Positions 1-14,189 of a stretch of 64,000 nt of DNA are shown piece by piece (the stretch's first letter is position 1; each line of letters opens with the position of its first letter). Both the position numbers and the translations under genes were made by a program. The notes beneath the pieces are model-generated. The model was not told the DNA's origin, made no database searches, and saw only the letters and a list, made by a program, of their open reading frames with translations. The stretch comes from Octopus vulgaris (Eukaryota). The DNA lies in contig OX597818.1 of NCBI GenBank assembly GCA_951406725.2, positions 81,406,001 through 81,470,000 of the forward strand. The letters are read 5' to 3'.

Positions 1-280
1 TCCAGATAAGGAAAATTTTGTAGTGTCATTGAGGATGGTGGGTGTAGTGTTTCCTTTATATTGCAACTGTTTTAGGTGTAGCTTTGTAGCTTTTGAGTTT
101 GAGAGTATTTCCTCGTTACTTTTTTGATTGCAAGAAGGGCTGTAGGATTAGGTGTTGACTGCACAGTTTTCAATCTGCGATTCTATTTTTGTATGAATTT
201 TGTAGTTGATGTTCGAAAAAGGTCTAATGTAGGAGAATACTTATTGGGTATATAATGAGATATTGCTGTTGAGACAATCC
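1..280 (-). mobile_element. Decayed Penelope-like retroelement fragment (region upstream of RT core)
   Basis: Minus-strand translation gives '...KSNEEIL...Y...TILNDTTKF', resembling the PLE 'L..N..I.I..ADKG...Y..K...IL.D..KF' block; frameshifted. Confidence 0.4.
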
Positions 281-297
281 AACTATATGCTCATATA

Positions 298-1542
298 TTG
301 GGTTGGCAACCAAGTTGCCGCGTTTTTTTTTAAATTTTGGAATTTATTGCGTTTTTAAATTCTGGAATCTATTTTGTTTTTTGTTCTAGTTAATTTTAGT
401 TAATTTTTGTTTATTTTCAGATCATTAAAATGGAATGTCAAATTCAGAAAAAATGAGCATTTTCGACACCTCCTTCTTTTTGCTTTTAATCAAGGTTCCA
501 AGGCCACAAAAGCTGCTCGCGACATTTGTGCTGTGTATAGAGAGGGTGCCATGGCTGAAAGAACCGCTTGTGATTGGTAGGCCAATTTCAAAAATGGAAA
601 TTTTAACCTCAAAGACGCACCTCGTTCTGGCTGTCCAGTTGAGTTCAATGAAGAGCGATTAAACCAACTTTTGCCCGACAATTCTCGTTAAACGACAAAG
701 AAACTGGCAGACAAAATGGAATGCTCTCACACTGCTATAGAGAAGCATCTTCACTCGATAGGAGAGGTTCAGAAGTATACAGTATGGGTTCCGCATGCTT
801 TAAGTGACAACAACAAAAATCAACGAGCCACACTCTCCGCTGGTTTGCTTGCTTGTCACCACTCAACTCATGGACACAAGCAACGATTTCTTTACCGAAT
901 CGTTACTGGCGACGAAAAATGGTGCCTGTATATCAATATGAAGCAGCGTAAGGAATGGCTTAGCCCCGGTAAACAAGTGACACCGCGCGTGAAACAAGAT
1001 CTTCATCCGCGTAAAACGATGTTGATTGTATGGTGGGACTGGGGAGGAATTATCAATTACGAATTGCTTGAACGGAACCAAACGGTCAACGCGGAATCCT
1101 ATGTTCAACAGATGGAACGACTCAACACGGCAATTCAAGAGAAAAGGCCTAATCGTCAGCATGGAGTTCTTCTGCAGCACGAAAACGCCCGCCCTCATAT
1201 CGCCTATATGATCATGGAAACTATTCAAAGGCATGGCTGGGAAGTGCTGCCACACCCGCCGTACTCTCCTGATTTGGCACCAACGGATTTCCACCTCTTT
1301 CGATATATTATGCGCGCAGTTTCGTTCATTACTGATGCAGAATTGAGAGCTTGGTTGGATCAAGTTTTCGAGTGGAAATCGGGTGATTTCTACCAACGAG
1401 GTATCGAAAATCTTGTTGAACGTTGGGAAGAAGTTGTAAACAACAAGGGTGAATACGTTATTGATTAATTAGTTGTTATTTTTTATTAAACCTTTTAAAA
1501 ATGTAAATTTAAAAAACGGCGGGAACTTAGTTGCCAACCCAA
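298..1542 (+). mobile_element. Full-length mariner (DD34D) DNA transposon, ~1245 bp
   Basis: TIRs TTGGGTTGGCAACCAAGTTGCCGCGTTTTTT (298-) and AAAAAACGGCGGGAACTTAGTTGCCAACCCAA (-1542); TA on both flanks (296-297, 1543-1544); internal transposase. Confidence 0.95.
430..1468 (+). pseudogene. Mariner transposase pseudogene
   Basis: ATG at 430 (MECQIQK), +1 frameshift in the A-run near 450, in-frame stops near 578 and 688. ORF 716-1468 has WVPHAL, TGDEKW, LQHENARPH (second catalytic D changed to E) and YSPDLAPTDFHLF. Confidence 0.92.
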
Positions 1543-3454
1543 TATTATGGCGTGAACGACAGCAACATTAACAACTGTTGCAGTAGTTGCAGTTCTCGTT
1601 CTTGAAGGAATGTTGAAGGATGCATAGATATTCACTACTTGAATGATAAAGCGAAGTTATGAGCGAGTCTTTAATAGTCACAAGAGTTCTTGTTAAGTAC
1701 GTTTTTCGCCGAAATCTTCATAGATAGATATTGTGTTTGCAAAAAAACTTTTAAAATAGTTGCATAAGACAGCCTTTCACTCTTCTATTCAAACTTTCAA
1801 TTGCATTATCTTTCTTTGTAATACTCCAATATTAAAAAAAAAATCTATTCACTAGTTTGTCAGACGCAAAGAAGTGGGGGAAGGAGTAAACGAGAGAGAA
1901 TAAAAATTACAGATTCAAATAACACAACGCTGGGCAATTGAGATTATAATCTACCTTCGTCCATTGAGCAGAGAATTCGAAAAATCATAGGGATACTACA
2001 TACAATGGTTGAACATCTGTTTAAAAGGATTTTGGCGTTACAAAAGTGAACCAGTGGAGAGAAGATGAACGAAGGTGTGCAAAATGAATGTTGAGGCGAA
2101 GTTTCGAGTGAGACTATAAAAGTACATATGAACTCTAACAAAATTTCAATTACATGATATACCTATATGTAATACATATAATATACTTACCTAAGAATGT
2201 ATGTATGTATGTATGTATGTATGTATGTTTGTATGTATGTATGCATATATATCACATGTCACAAAAACATACATACACATATAAATATATAGATATATGC
2301 ACGCATGCTCAAATACATGCATACACACATACACACACACATATATATGAATATATATACATACATGCATAAATATATACGTATGTATCTATATACTAAT
2401 GAGATATGTTCTTAAGTTAATGAATAATTTTATGGTAATGTATGTGTAAATATTTGTGCATGCATGTGTGTATATATATGTATATGTGTGTGCGTGTATA
2501 TATGTATGTGTTTGTGTATATGTACATATGTGTGCGTGTATATAGGTATGCGTGTGTGCATGCGTTTGTGTGTGTTCGTGTGTTACTGTTGATTTGTATT
2601 TAATAGCTGTGCTGATAATTGTGGATGTTTGCTTGTGCGTTCATATGTTTTTCACTACCGCTGTTTATGTGTGTAAATTGTGTATATGTGTGTATAAGTG
2701 TGTTGAGACGCGTTGCAGTGCATATATAGAGAAGTGTATGGAGCTTGTACATACTGCGTACTTTTCGTGCGGCGGTATGTTTGTGTAAATGTATGTTTGT
2801 ATACATGTATGTATGTATGTTTCTGCAAATGTGTCTATGTTTGTGTGTATGAGTGTTTTTATGTGAAATCTCTGTATGTGAATGCATTTTCATATAGAAA
2901 GTGAATTTTTGTGTTGTTCGCTGCTTCCAAAAGTGAATATTTATGATTATCTATTTATCTCTCCTTTCTATTTCAGACGATCTCACTCTCACTCTCTCCC
3001 CCTTCTCTCTCCCCACCTCTCTCTCTCCGTTTCTCAATCATCTCTGTCTGTTAATACAGGCACATACACATGCATATACATATGTATGTAGCCTTGTTCC
3101 TGATCTGATATATACACGCACATACACACACGCATGCACACATACTTATATATAAATATAAGCATATATAAAAACATATATATATATATATATATATGTA
3201 TAATATATATATAGTATTTGTATATATAAATATACGCATATATATATATATATACATTATATATATGCGCATATATAAATGTATACATGTATCTGTGTGT
3301 ATATATGATCACACACACGCACACATATATTTATATATAAATATACACGCACAACTACATCTGTATAATCATGTAAATAGTCAGACACATATGTACATGT
3401 ATACGAAGACATATATATACACGTCTGTATGGCAATGTGAGTTTGTGTGTGTGC

Positions 3455-3497
<43 letters not shown>

Positions 3498-3767
3498 AGA
3501 ATACATACATGCAAGCAAAAGTCACACACACACACACACGTATACACTCACATACACACATACTCACATATATGTATAAATATAATAACATCGCTATTGA
3601 AATGCTATCTGGGAGAAAATCTATTTTAGTCTGATCTCTATGTAAAATACACTTGCTTGAATTGTGTAGTAATTCTCATGAACAAAGATTTTGATTGCTG
3701 TTTGGGTTTCTCTATAGAATTTGGAGCCATTCAAGTTACCAGAGATGAGAACCATTGATAATGTGAC

Positions 3768-3817
<50 letters not shown>

Positions 3818-3904
3818 TTCTTTACGTCGTTGTTACTATTAGTAGTATTATTGTAGCCATAGTTATAATTGTTGTTATGCTTCCATTGATGTTTTCTTTA
3901 TCCT

Positions 3905-3957
<53 letters not shown>

Positions 3958-4098
3958 TAATAATGATAATAATGATAATAATAACAACGATAATAATGTA
4001 AAAATAACGATAATAAAAATGATAATGATAATAATAATGATGATGGTAATGATAAATACTATTATTATTATAAGTATTATTATTACTATTACTATTAC

Positions 4099-4153
<55 letters not shown>

Positions 4154-4452
4154 GTTTTTGTTACTTTTCTAGTTGTAATTTATGTTGTTGCTGTTTGCTT
4201 TAGAAATAATATTATCATCATTAAAATTTATTTTTTGCTTATACGAACTCTCTCCATCTCTGTCATCCTCTTGTTGTTGTTGTTGTTGTTGTTGTTATTG
4301 CTGTTTCTGATGTTGCTGTTGTTGTTTTATTTTCTCTTGACAATTTACTCGTATTAACGCTACAGATTTTCTCTTTTACATTGTTGCACCCATTAAAAAC
4401 ACCGCCATCATTACTATAACTACCACTACCACCACCACGACCACCACCAACC

Positions 4453-4529
<77 letters not shown>

Positions 4530-5165
4530 CACTACCACCACCAAAACTACCACCACCACCACAACCACCACCACCACTACCACAGCAACCACAGCCACCA
4601 CCACCACCATCACCACCACTACCGCCAACACCACCACCACCAAAACCACCACTACCACCACCACTACCACCACCACCACCACCACCACCACCAAAACCCC
4701 CACCACCACCACTACCACCACCACCATCACCACCACCACCATCACACCACCACCACCACCACAATCACAAACATTACTAGCCGTTATACCACCACCACCA
4801 CCACTAAAAAGCAACACCACTACCAATACCACCACCACGATCATCACCACGATCAGCCTCAACACTACCACGACTACCATCAGTGGCAGTGATACGACGA
4901 TGACTATCACCACCACCTCCACCACATCCAGGACACCCATCACTCCTATTACTATCATCACTAACACTTCTAGCACAAGCACTACTGCCGCCACAACCAC
5001 CACCACCACCACCACCACCACCACTTCTGCTACTACTTCTAGTGCTACTATACCAACAACAACGCTTCAAATATTACCACCAAAGCCAATACCGCCACCA
5101 CCACCAACCACCACCAACACCACCACTGTTTCTCCTCCTCCTCCTGCTACTACTAATACTACTAT

Positions 5166-5202
<37 letters not shown>

Positions 5203-5203
5203 G

Positions 5204-5250
<47 letters not shown>
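3768..5250. repeat. Compound trinucleotide microsatellite block: (AAT)n, (ATT)n, (GTT)n, (CACGAC)n, (CAC)n, (CTA)n
   Basis: Directly visible tandem arrays; they explain the poly-N/I/V/T/G ORFs in the track. Confidence 0.95.
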
Positions 5251-5252
<2 letters not shown>

Positions 5253-5542
5253 GCCTACTTATACGTCAATAACACTGTTATAACCACTAGCAGGGCCGCA
5301 TCTCAAGTCATTGCGAATAACAAACGTAAAATCATCATAGTAAGACAACATCAACATCAGATTCGATCTACTAGAAATAGCAGCTTGATTTCCCTCAAAT
5401 TCTATATTACCATATAAAAATGTCGGGATATGTTATAGAGACGAAATAGTCAACAGGAACACTGTTGATCATAGGTCTGTTTCATCATGGTCAACCTAGG
5501 GTTAAATAATAATAATAATAATAATAATGATGATAATAACAT

Positions 5543-5687
5543 AAAGAAGAAGAAGAAGAAGAAGAAGAAGAAGAAGAAGAAGAAGAAGAAGAAGAAGAAG
5601 AAGAAGAAGAAGAAGAAGAAGAAGAAGAAGAAGAAGAAGAAGAAGAAGAAGAAGAAGAAGAAGAAGAAGAAGAAGAAGAAGAAGAAG
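5543..5687. repeat. Pure (AAG)n microsatellite, ~48 units
   Basis: Uninterrupted AAG array. Confidence 0.97.
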
Positions 5688-5842
5688 ATGACCAACTACA
5701 GCAACGTCTATGACATCATCAATGTTACCAATAGAAACACCTGGACCGATGACTGTGTCAGTATGTGGTCGTTCAACTAGCTAGAAATAGCAGTCAATTC
5801 TCCCTTAAAGCATACCAAATCGTTTTAAAATAGAACACAGAC

Positions 5843-6077
5843 GCAGGCATGGCTATCTGGTTAAGCTCACTTTGCAATCAGATAGTTTCGGGTTTAGTCC
5901 CACCGAGAGGCCCCTTGGGTAGGCTTCTTATACTTTAGCTCCGCGCCGACCAATGCTCTGTGACTGAATTTGGTTGGCGGAAACTGTATGGAAGCTCTTC
6001 GTATGTGCTTGTGTGTGTGAGTGTGTGTATTTGTGTTTTTCCCCCACTGCTTGGCACCTTGTGTTGGTTTATTTACA
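5843..6077 (+). mobile_element. Decayed SINE, family A (tRNA-derived, internal microsatellite)
   Basis: Aligns by eye to the intact copy at 57548-57945 (GGCCGACCAATGC..TGTGA.TG.ATTTGGT..CGGAAACTG). Confidence 0.7.
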
Positions 6078-6177
6078 AACCATCATCAACGCTAAGACTC
6101 TTACGCAGAAGGTTCACTTTATTCGTCCATCTCCCAGAAACAGTAGCCAAATTTCCCACAGATGGCATATTACTGAA

Positions 6178-6300
6178 GTCCTTAGCTCCGTACGGAACAT
6201 AGGTCATCGACAGCTTTTTCTCTTTTCTCCACTTTAGGCTGTCTTTTCTGATTTTCTCCGGTTGGATTCCTGCTTCTTCAGCTCTACCTTAGTAGCCTAA
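6178..6300 (-). mobile_element. RTE-clade LINE 3' end fragment
   Basis: Minus-strand translation ends '...RKAVDDLCSVRS*', like the RTE ORF C-terminus (WR..V..LCS). Confidence 0.45.
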
Positions 6301-6649
6301 TTCCTATGTTTTAAAGATCTCCCAGATCTTGAATTGTTATTGACGCCTTTGCATCTTTGCATCTTTTGTAAGGATTGTTGGCCCTATGCAAACCCATGTT
6401 TACCTCTGGGAAGAGGCGGCCCGTATTAGTTTGACCTCTGTATTAGTTTCACTTCCGTGCTGGGCACGAAAGTCCCTACAACGCTTGCGCCTTGTTGGCG
6501 TAACACTCAGGTCCTTTGAAACACTGAAACCGATACACAGCAACCAAGACTACACTTTGTAGTGGTCAAATGACATTTTTACTTTCCTCTCTCAAAAAAT
6601 GGAGACGTTTGGTATAACCTTAGATATAAATATCAAAACAATATGGCTA

Positions 6650-6942
6650 CGGGCATATGGCTTAGTGGTTAAGAGCGCGGGCTTCTAAACCCAAGATTTC
6701 GAGTTCGATTCCAAGCAGTGACCTGAGCAATAACAATAACGACAACAATAAGAAGAAGAACATCGAAAAATACATTAGGAATGAGAACCCACGTTCGAAA
6801 ATTCCCCAAGACACATGAAGAAGGCTGGAGGCTATCTCAGCCGAAACGTTGTGTTAACAACAAACAAGATGAGGACAAATATCCGTCAAATTTAAATAAT
6901 GTAAATAACGTACATAATTCCTCATCTCTTAAATATAGAACT
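6650..6942 (+). mobile_element. tRNA-headed SINE-like element carrying a hammerhead motif
   Basis: A-box TGGCTTAGTGG (6658), B-box GTTCGATTCC (6703), (AAC/AAT) spacer, then HHR at 6811-6854 and an AT-rich tail. Confidence 0.75.
6811..6854 (+). ncRNA. Minimal type-I hammerhead ribozyme motif (C3A in this copy)
   Basis: ACAC-AUGAAGA-A-GGCUG[gaggcuaucu]CAGCC-GAAA-C-GUU-GUGU: stem I ACAC/GUGU, stem II GGCUG/CAGCC, palindromic AACGUU stem III. Confidence 0.7.
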
Positions 6943-7441
6943 GAAAGTGGTTGGATGCTCGTGTGTGGAGCGCCTTCATTACAGATCTGCTCTATCACAG
7001 CTGACTTGGGTCTAAACAACAACAACAACATCACCAACACCACATCACTAACACTGCCACCACCAAATCCAAAACAGAAACCACCATTGACAATTACGCA
7101 CAAGCATTTGTGACCATCTCGTCGAATTGTACTTGAGACTACTTCGTCCAAACTGTCCTTCTTTAAAAATATGTCACATGATTTAAGAGAGTTTTAGCTG
7201 CAATTACCAGCAAGTTGCTCAACAGCATAGCGATCATCATTGCTTCCTATGTTGTTGCTTTACGCCTGATGATTAAAAGGCACTCCAGCCGTGACTATTC
7301 CTGAGAGAGATATGGTTGTTATCTCTAGCATATTTAATAACCACCTAGAACCTCACTCTTTCTGTAGTAAGCGCCTTGAGACTGTACCCTACCTTCTTAA
7401 AAACCCACAAACACACACACATGCATACACACAGACACACA

Positions 7442-7504
<63 letters not shown>

Positions 7505-8406
7505 GATACACTCATCAGAGAAGAAGCTTGTGTGTGATCGCTTGATTTGCAGAAATGGTAGGCAAATCTTACTTATATCAAATCTTTGTGATAGATCCTC
7601 CACCGGTGTAGACGAGCAGTGTTCAGTTGTTTGAATAGCAGAACTACCAACCCGTTAAAATTATATGTGTGTGGCTGAATATTCGGCTACAGGCATTCGT
7701 ACCCTTAACTTGTTCTCAGGTCGCTTCTTTGTATCTGGTGCGCTTCCGCACAGTTTTCGATCCAATTTACTCCCAAAGTCAACCCGAAAATCTATAAACA
7801 TTGAATCTATGTACATCTAATAGCGGATGACACATGAGATATTGTGACAATTTTTACTAGTAAAAAGGTTGGATGTTTACGGTTGGAGCGCGTGTGATCA
7901 TAGAACTGGCCGCTAAGTGTTGAATTATGATATGACCATGCGCACACCGACATTATGAACTTTCACTCACCCTCTATTTCTCTGCGCTCCATCCCCCATA
8001 TCTACCTACCTACCTATCTACCTACCTACCTTCCTACCTACCTACCTACACACATAATACCTTCCCCCTTTGCTTATATAACTATCCCCCCACTCTTTAA
8101 TCTATTTCCTCTCTTCCTTTCTCTCCCTGTCTTATTTCCTACTCCTCATCCTCCCCTTCATTTCAATACTCATTTACATCTTCCATACACTCATTAGAAT
8201 GTTACAGTTACAAATACTTCACCAATGCTAAGCTGTTTAATTGCAGCAATGAATCTTCCTCAATTCCTCTGTCTGACTCTCTCTCACTCTCGCTCCTCTC
8301 CCTCTACATGGAAATGTACGCGCTCATCCGTCTTGTTTCCTCCTATCACACGCATATACACACACACTCTCTGTCTGTCTTTCTCTTCACATGTGTGTAT
8401 ATGTCA

Positions 8407-8448
<42 letters not shown>

Positions 8449-8535
8449 CATGACAACATACATGCATACATACATATATATATACCCTTATATAGTCTTA
8501 CTTTGTGTGCGTGTATATATATACTTACATATATT

Positions 8536-8573
<38 letters not shown>

Positions 8574-8729
8574 AGATATATATATTTACATAAGCGCATA
8601 TATACATACTCCTTCTCTTATTCTCTCTCTCTCTCTGTCTCCACTCTCTCTTCCCCTCTCTCTCTTTTCCTCCCTCTCACTATATATGCACTATATATGT
8701 GTATGTGTGTGTATATATATATATTTCTG

Positions 8730-8763
<34 letters not shown>

Positions 8764-9250
8764 ATCACATAATCATATATCTATAAGGCATATACAACAC
8801 ACTCTGTCTCTCATACACACACACAAACACACATATATATATATATGTATATACATACATATATATATACGCACGAACACTGGCGAATATACACGTTTTC
8901 TATATTTCTGAGCTTTGAAATACATCTCTATATATGTGAGTTTACCTCTAATTATGTATATGTGTCTGTCTCTGATAGTCTATCCTTGTGATCGACGAAC
9001 ATAGACGTACAATGTTTCTCTCTCTCACTCCTCATTGATCTGTATCTGTTCACCAATATTATCTATTACGGTCGATTTTATTGCTAGTTCGAACAATGGC
9101 CATCATTGTCATTAAAGGCAGTTAGTTTTCTCTCTCGTGCTCAAAACCACCACAGCGTGAACAGGGGTGTATACAAACGTAACACATGTGTGTGTGTGTG
9201 TGTATATATATGTATATATACATATATATATATGTATATATGTATATATG

Positions 9251-9318
<68 letters not shown>

Positions 9319-9557
9319 CACAGATTCATAATTATATGGATACACATACACACACATATATATATATATATTTATATATGTATATATATATATATATATA
9401 TACACATATCTATATATACTTAGAGACATATATTTGTGTGGATGTGTGTGTGTATAATGTACAAAGAAAATTATGCATATAAGCGGATGTCTTCAGATAT
9501 GTATTATAGATATATTAACTGTGTGTGTATGCGTGTGCATCTATCTATGTATCTATG

Positions 9558-9611
<54 letters not shown>

Positions 9612-9782
9612 CACACACACACACACTCACACACACACATATATATATGCAGGTATATACTCACACACACTTGGAATCATACACATATAAACACATACAT
9701 ATAATATACCGACATGTTTATATTTGTATATCTGTATACATATGTGTTTATATATACATTGACGTATGTATGTATGTATGTA

Positions 9783-9832
<50 letters not shown>

Positions 9833-10484
9833 CATACATAATTTATGTGTGATGCATTGTAATTAGTGCTACTATCTGGCGGATAGAGAAAAGTGCAGTC
9901 TGGTTGTAGCTTATATATATGTATATATGTGTATATGTATATATGTATATATATGTATATATATGTTTGCTTAAAAGCAGGGCTGCATAATATATCTACA
10001 GATTTTAACCAGTACTGTATGTAACAGAAACATAGCAACGAAATCCTTGTGGACAGTAAAATACGTATTATCAACCCTACTGGTTTGAGACCTGTATTGT
10101 GATTTCCTCAACATCTGTGAACCCTCAGTATCTGAAACACCTAAAGGTTTTCATTAATGAAACTTTGGCAATTTCGACGTTCCTATTTGCGTATATTACG
10201 CATTGTTTGCATCTATGTCGAATTATTAAAAACCTTAATAGACTAGTAGTGTTTTGTTACAATGCCAAGCTGTAGCTAAGATCGTATCTCTATAGTGTAG
10301 TCAATACTGTATGTATAGAGAGAAATGTCTAGACATATTCTTTACCTTCATGGACAGAAAAAAGAAACGTATCTCCCGGACTAGTTTTAACCGTTTCATA
10401 CACACTCACAGTAATGCTGCTAAAGAGGCGATTATATCATTGAAGAAAATCGAAATGTCCAGTTATATATTCTTTTCTACTCTA

Positions 10485-10605
10485 GTCACCAGGACCGAAA
10501 GTTTTGGGGAGGAGGCCAGTCGATTACATCGACCCGAGTACGCAACTAGTACTTAATTTACCGACCCCGAAAGGATGAAAACGAAAGTCGACCAAGGCGG
10601 GATTT
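10485..10605 (-). mobile_element. SINE family B, 3' fragment
   Basis: AGTCGATTACATCGACCC...GTACTTAATTTA.CGACCCCGAAAGGATGAAA shared with copies at 46915-47491 and 55945-56480. Confidence 0.8.
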
Positions 10606-10809
10606 CCACATAAATATTATATATAAAATAACGTGTTTACGTCTGTCTGTCTGCCTGTCCGCTGGTCTGTCTGTTTCTCTGTTTGTCTCTCCCTTCCTCC
10701 CTCTCTCTCTCTTTCTCTCTCTCTCTCTCCCTACATATATATATATGTATATATACATGCGCGCTTGTCTGTGTGTGCAAGTGTCTTTGCATATATAGAT
10801 ACATACACA

Positions 10810-10882
<73 letters not shown>

Positions 10883-10924
10883 ACACACACGCACACATAC
10901 ACACACATGTACATATATATTGGT

Positions 10925-11325
10925 TTTACTTATTTCAGTCATTGGATTTCGTTCTTGCTGGAGCAGTGCATTCGAAGACTTAATCGAACAAATTGACCCA
11001 ATATTTATTTTTAAGCCCCGTACCTATTCTGTTGGTCCCTTTTTGCCCAACCGTTGTTTCACAGAGACGTAAACAAACCTATATCAGTTATCAAGCTGTA
11101 CTGGGACACAAACACAAACACACACACGCACCCCCACACATAACAGCTGTCTACACACATATGTATATATGCGACGATCTTTCAGTCTCCCTGTAGTGAA
11201 TTCACTAATAAAGCTTTGGTTGACCCAACGCTATAGTAGAATACACTTGCCGAAAGTTGTATGCAATGGGGAAGAATCCGGAGCTATCACGTTGGAAACG
11301 AAACGTCTTATCACACAGCCACGAC
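10925..11325 (-). mobile_element. Decayed SINE, family A
   Basis: Reverse complement of the family A head and tail. Confidence 0.7.
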
Positions 11326-11429
11326 CATGCTCAATCCAATGCGCGTGCACACGCATAAATATCCACACACACATCATTATTTGTTTCTACCTCAAGTTAT
11401 ATATATAAACTGAAGAATACTAGTTTATT

Positions 11430-11510
11430 AAACTTTTTCAAGAAGACGGGTAACAGTGACTTTGAAACTTCGAAATTCGAAATCCCTGTCACCCATTTTC
11501 TTATAAAAGT
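11430..11510. repeat. Short imperfect inverted repeat (possible MITE remnant)
   Basis: ACTTTT.CAAGAAGACGGGTAACAG versus CTGTCACCCATTTTCTTATAAAAGT. Confidence 0.45.
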
Positions 11511-11775
11511 GTACTACACATGCACAAACATACACACACATACACATATGAAACATCGGTGTTCGTCTGCATCCTGGATGGGGACGAACGTTGATGTTCC
11601 AGGTGCAGGGTCGAGAATTTTTAAGGGATTCCTCTCACTACATGAAACCATAAGCCATAAGTAAAGGAAATTTATCAATCAATGCGTTGTTGTGCACTCA
11701 TATTCATTGTTCGATACTGACGTGTGTAAGTATTAATGTGTGTGTGTGTCTGTATGCGTATGTCTGTATCTATCT

Positions 11776-11897
11776 AGGGAGAGTTTACGAAAAAAAACAA
11801 AAGACGAAGACAGGTGGTGTACAAAACAAACAGATGTATTAGTATAACGCTCAGGAATAGAAAAAATTCTTTTACGTTTCGAGCCTACGCTCTTCTG
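11776..11897 (-). mobile_element. ~190-bp HHR element family (partial copy)
   Basis: Reverse complement of the 15285-15465 and 39455-39625 copies; keeps GAGC-GUAG-GCUC-GAAAC-GUA-AAAG, truncated in the 5' core. Confidence 0.8.
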
Positions 11898-11904
11898 CCT
11901 ATCT

Positions 11905-11970
<66 letters not shown>

Positions 11971-12246
11971 ACATGCACGCGCGCACACACACACACACAT
12001 ACACACACACACAGAGGTTATGTTTAAAATTTAAGCTTAGCTAGGAGAGTTTAAAATGAGTTGGATATGTCCCTAGTAGTGTACTCTGACAGCAAATTCA
12101 ACACATACGGCTACCAAGTGTCTGAGGATGATGCCTGGTATGTATGTATGTATGTATGTATGTATGTATGTATGTATGTATGTATGTATGTATGTATGTA
12201 TGTATGTATCTATATATATATATATATGGGTATATATGTATAAGTA

Positions 12247-12459
12247 CGAGGCGCTACTGAAAACTTTCTGGCTTTGAGTAAAAGAAAATACCAGAGCATC
12301 AGTCAATTATGATTTTATTTGACATATTACTCTCCCAGATCCCCACAATTGTAGCGGTCCTTCGGCTTTTCTAAGCTCTGTAAAAGAACTCGGAAGTTTG
12401 GGTCTCGAGCCAGGCTTTTCGCGATACCTTTTAAGCCAGGAACTTTTCAACACCCCTTC
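12247..12459. mobile_element. Mariner-derived MITE
   Basis: TA|CGAGGCGCTACTGAAAACTTTCTGGCTT ... AAGCCAGGAACTTTTCAACACCCCTTC|TA; related partial copy at ~35640-35788. Confidence 0.7.
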
Positions 12460-13027
12460 TATGTGTTTATATATATATATATATATCTGTGTGTGTGTTG
12501 TATATCATCGAAAATGTATACGATCTTGCGCATAGTGTATCAAATACATACATACGCACAGTTTAACACACATACATATGTTTATGCATATATGTTACTG
12601 CTGTTGATTACTCACGATCTTTATTACCTCCATAATTATTTATTTAGCCTCTATCTCCAAGCCATGTATTTGATGGCTTATAGATTTCATTAAAGATAGC
12701 ATTAAAATTATATCTGTATACAAATATCTGTTTACCGTGTCCTTGTAATGTATGGAAAGATCGATTACATTTTCTCTACCTTTCAGGTAGTTACAAATAC
12801 CGTATTATGATTGGTTAATTTTTCGCGTGACATTCTGGTAAAATGTCCCATCTATTGCGGAATATTTCCTCATGACAACATCTTATTTGTTTGGCAATCA
12901 TCTTTGCGCCATTTCCCTACTGCTGGGAATCTGATAGAGATTGTTTTATAATTGAATGTAGGATGGTGACTCATCATGATGGGGGAGAGGGTGTCACATC
13001 ATGACAGCCATAATTATTCTTCTGATT

Positions 13028-13240
13028 AAGGCGGCGAGGTGGCACAATTGTTAGCAAGCCGGGCATAATGCTTAGCAGCATTTCTTCCGTCTTCACATTC
13101 TGAGTTCAGATTCCACCGATGTCGAAATTTGTCTTTCTTCTCTTCAGGATAGATAAAATAGGTACCCGTTGAGTACTGGGGTTGATCTCATGGACCTATT
13201 CTTCTCTCCAAGTTGCTGGCTTTGTGCTAAAACTTGAAAT
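13028..13240 (+). mobile_element. SINE family B (tRNA-derived)
   Basis: Head GGCGGCGAGGTGGCA..TTGTTAGCA.GCCGGGC, B-box GAGTTCAGATTCC, and the shared body. Confidence 0.8.
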
Positions 13241-13589
13241 AATTATGCTTCCAACTCCCTAACTCTTGCACAATGTGCAATTTCGTCATCACACAAAAGT
13301 GTATGTGTATAGGAGTGGTACTCTGAATATCGCGTAATCTATTCTGGTATAACACACACACTCACACACACACACACATTCACATTCACATGCATATTCC
13401 TATGTGATAATACGCGTCATAACCTTGTTGTGTTACAATAAAAGTTATGGCGCTGATTCGATTGTACCGCGTTGCAAATCAAAGCCTGAAGCAGTCGATA
13501 TGAAAGAGTAATTTACGAGGCAGACGGTAAAAGGATAAATTTGACTTAATTAGTTGTAGCCACATAGCTCGCACGTACCGTTCATTAGC

Positions 13590-13990
13590 CTTTATCGTTT
13601 ACCTGTTTCAATCATTAAACAGCGTACATACTGGAGCAACACCTTGTTGGGTTTACTGGAACAAATCGACCCCAATACTTACTTCTTAGATCTAGTACTT
13701 ATGTTATCAGCTTCTTTGCCGAACTGCTAAGTTATAGGAACGTAAACAATCCAACCCTGGTTGTCAAGCGCTGCGTGTGGTGACAAGCATAAAGACATTC
13801 ACAGATATATACATATATATATATTATGTATACACGCACACACACTCACAAACACATATATGTTTCCATCTACAAAGTTCCCTCATAAAAGCATTCATAA
13901 GCCCAAGGACATAGAAGAAACTTATCTAAGGTACTGCACAGCACGAATTTACCGGAAACCACAAGACCTGCTTAGCGACACACCCATGCT
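13590..13990 (-). mobile_element. Decayed SINE, family A
   Basis: CTGTTTCAATCATT..., AAATCGACCCCA.TACTT, GCCGAACTGCTAAGTTA motifs. Confidence 0.65.
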
Positions 13991-14189
13991 AACGCAGGGA
14001 TGTTTTTTTTTTTTACAGAAACATTAAGAAAAAATAGTCTCACTCTTCATTTGAACAGAGTGATTGCTGCAGCAGACCAATCAATGATTCACTATTTTCA
14101 GTTGGGGACTAGGTTTTGTTTGAACATTCAGTTTTCAAAATTTTGATTTCTGCTTACCGCGCTGCTTCCAGTTATATATTTTATATATT

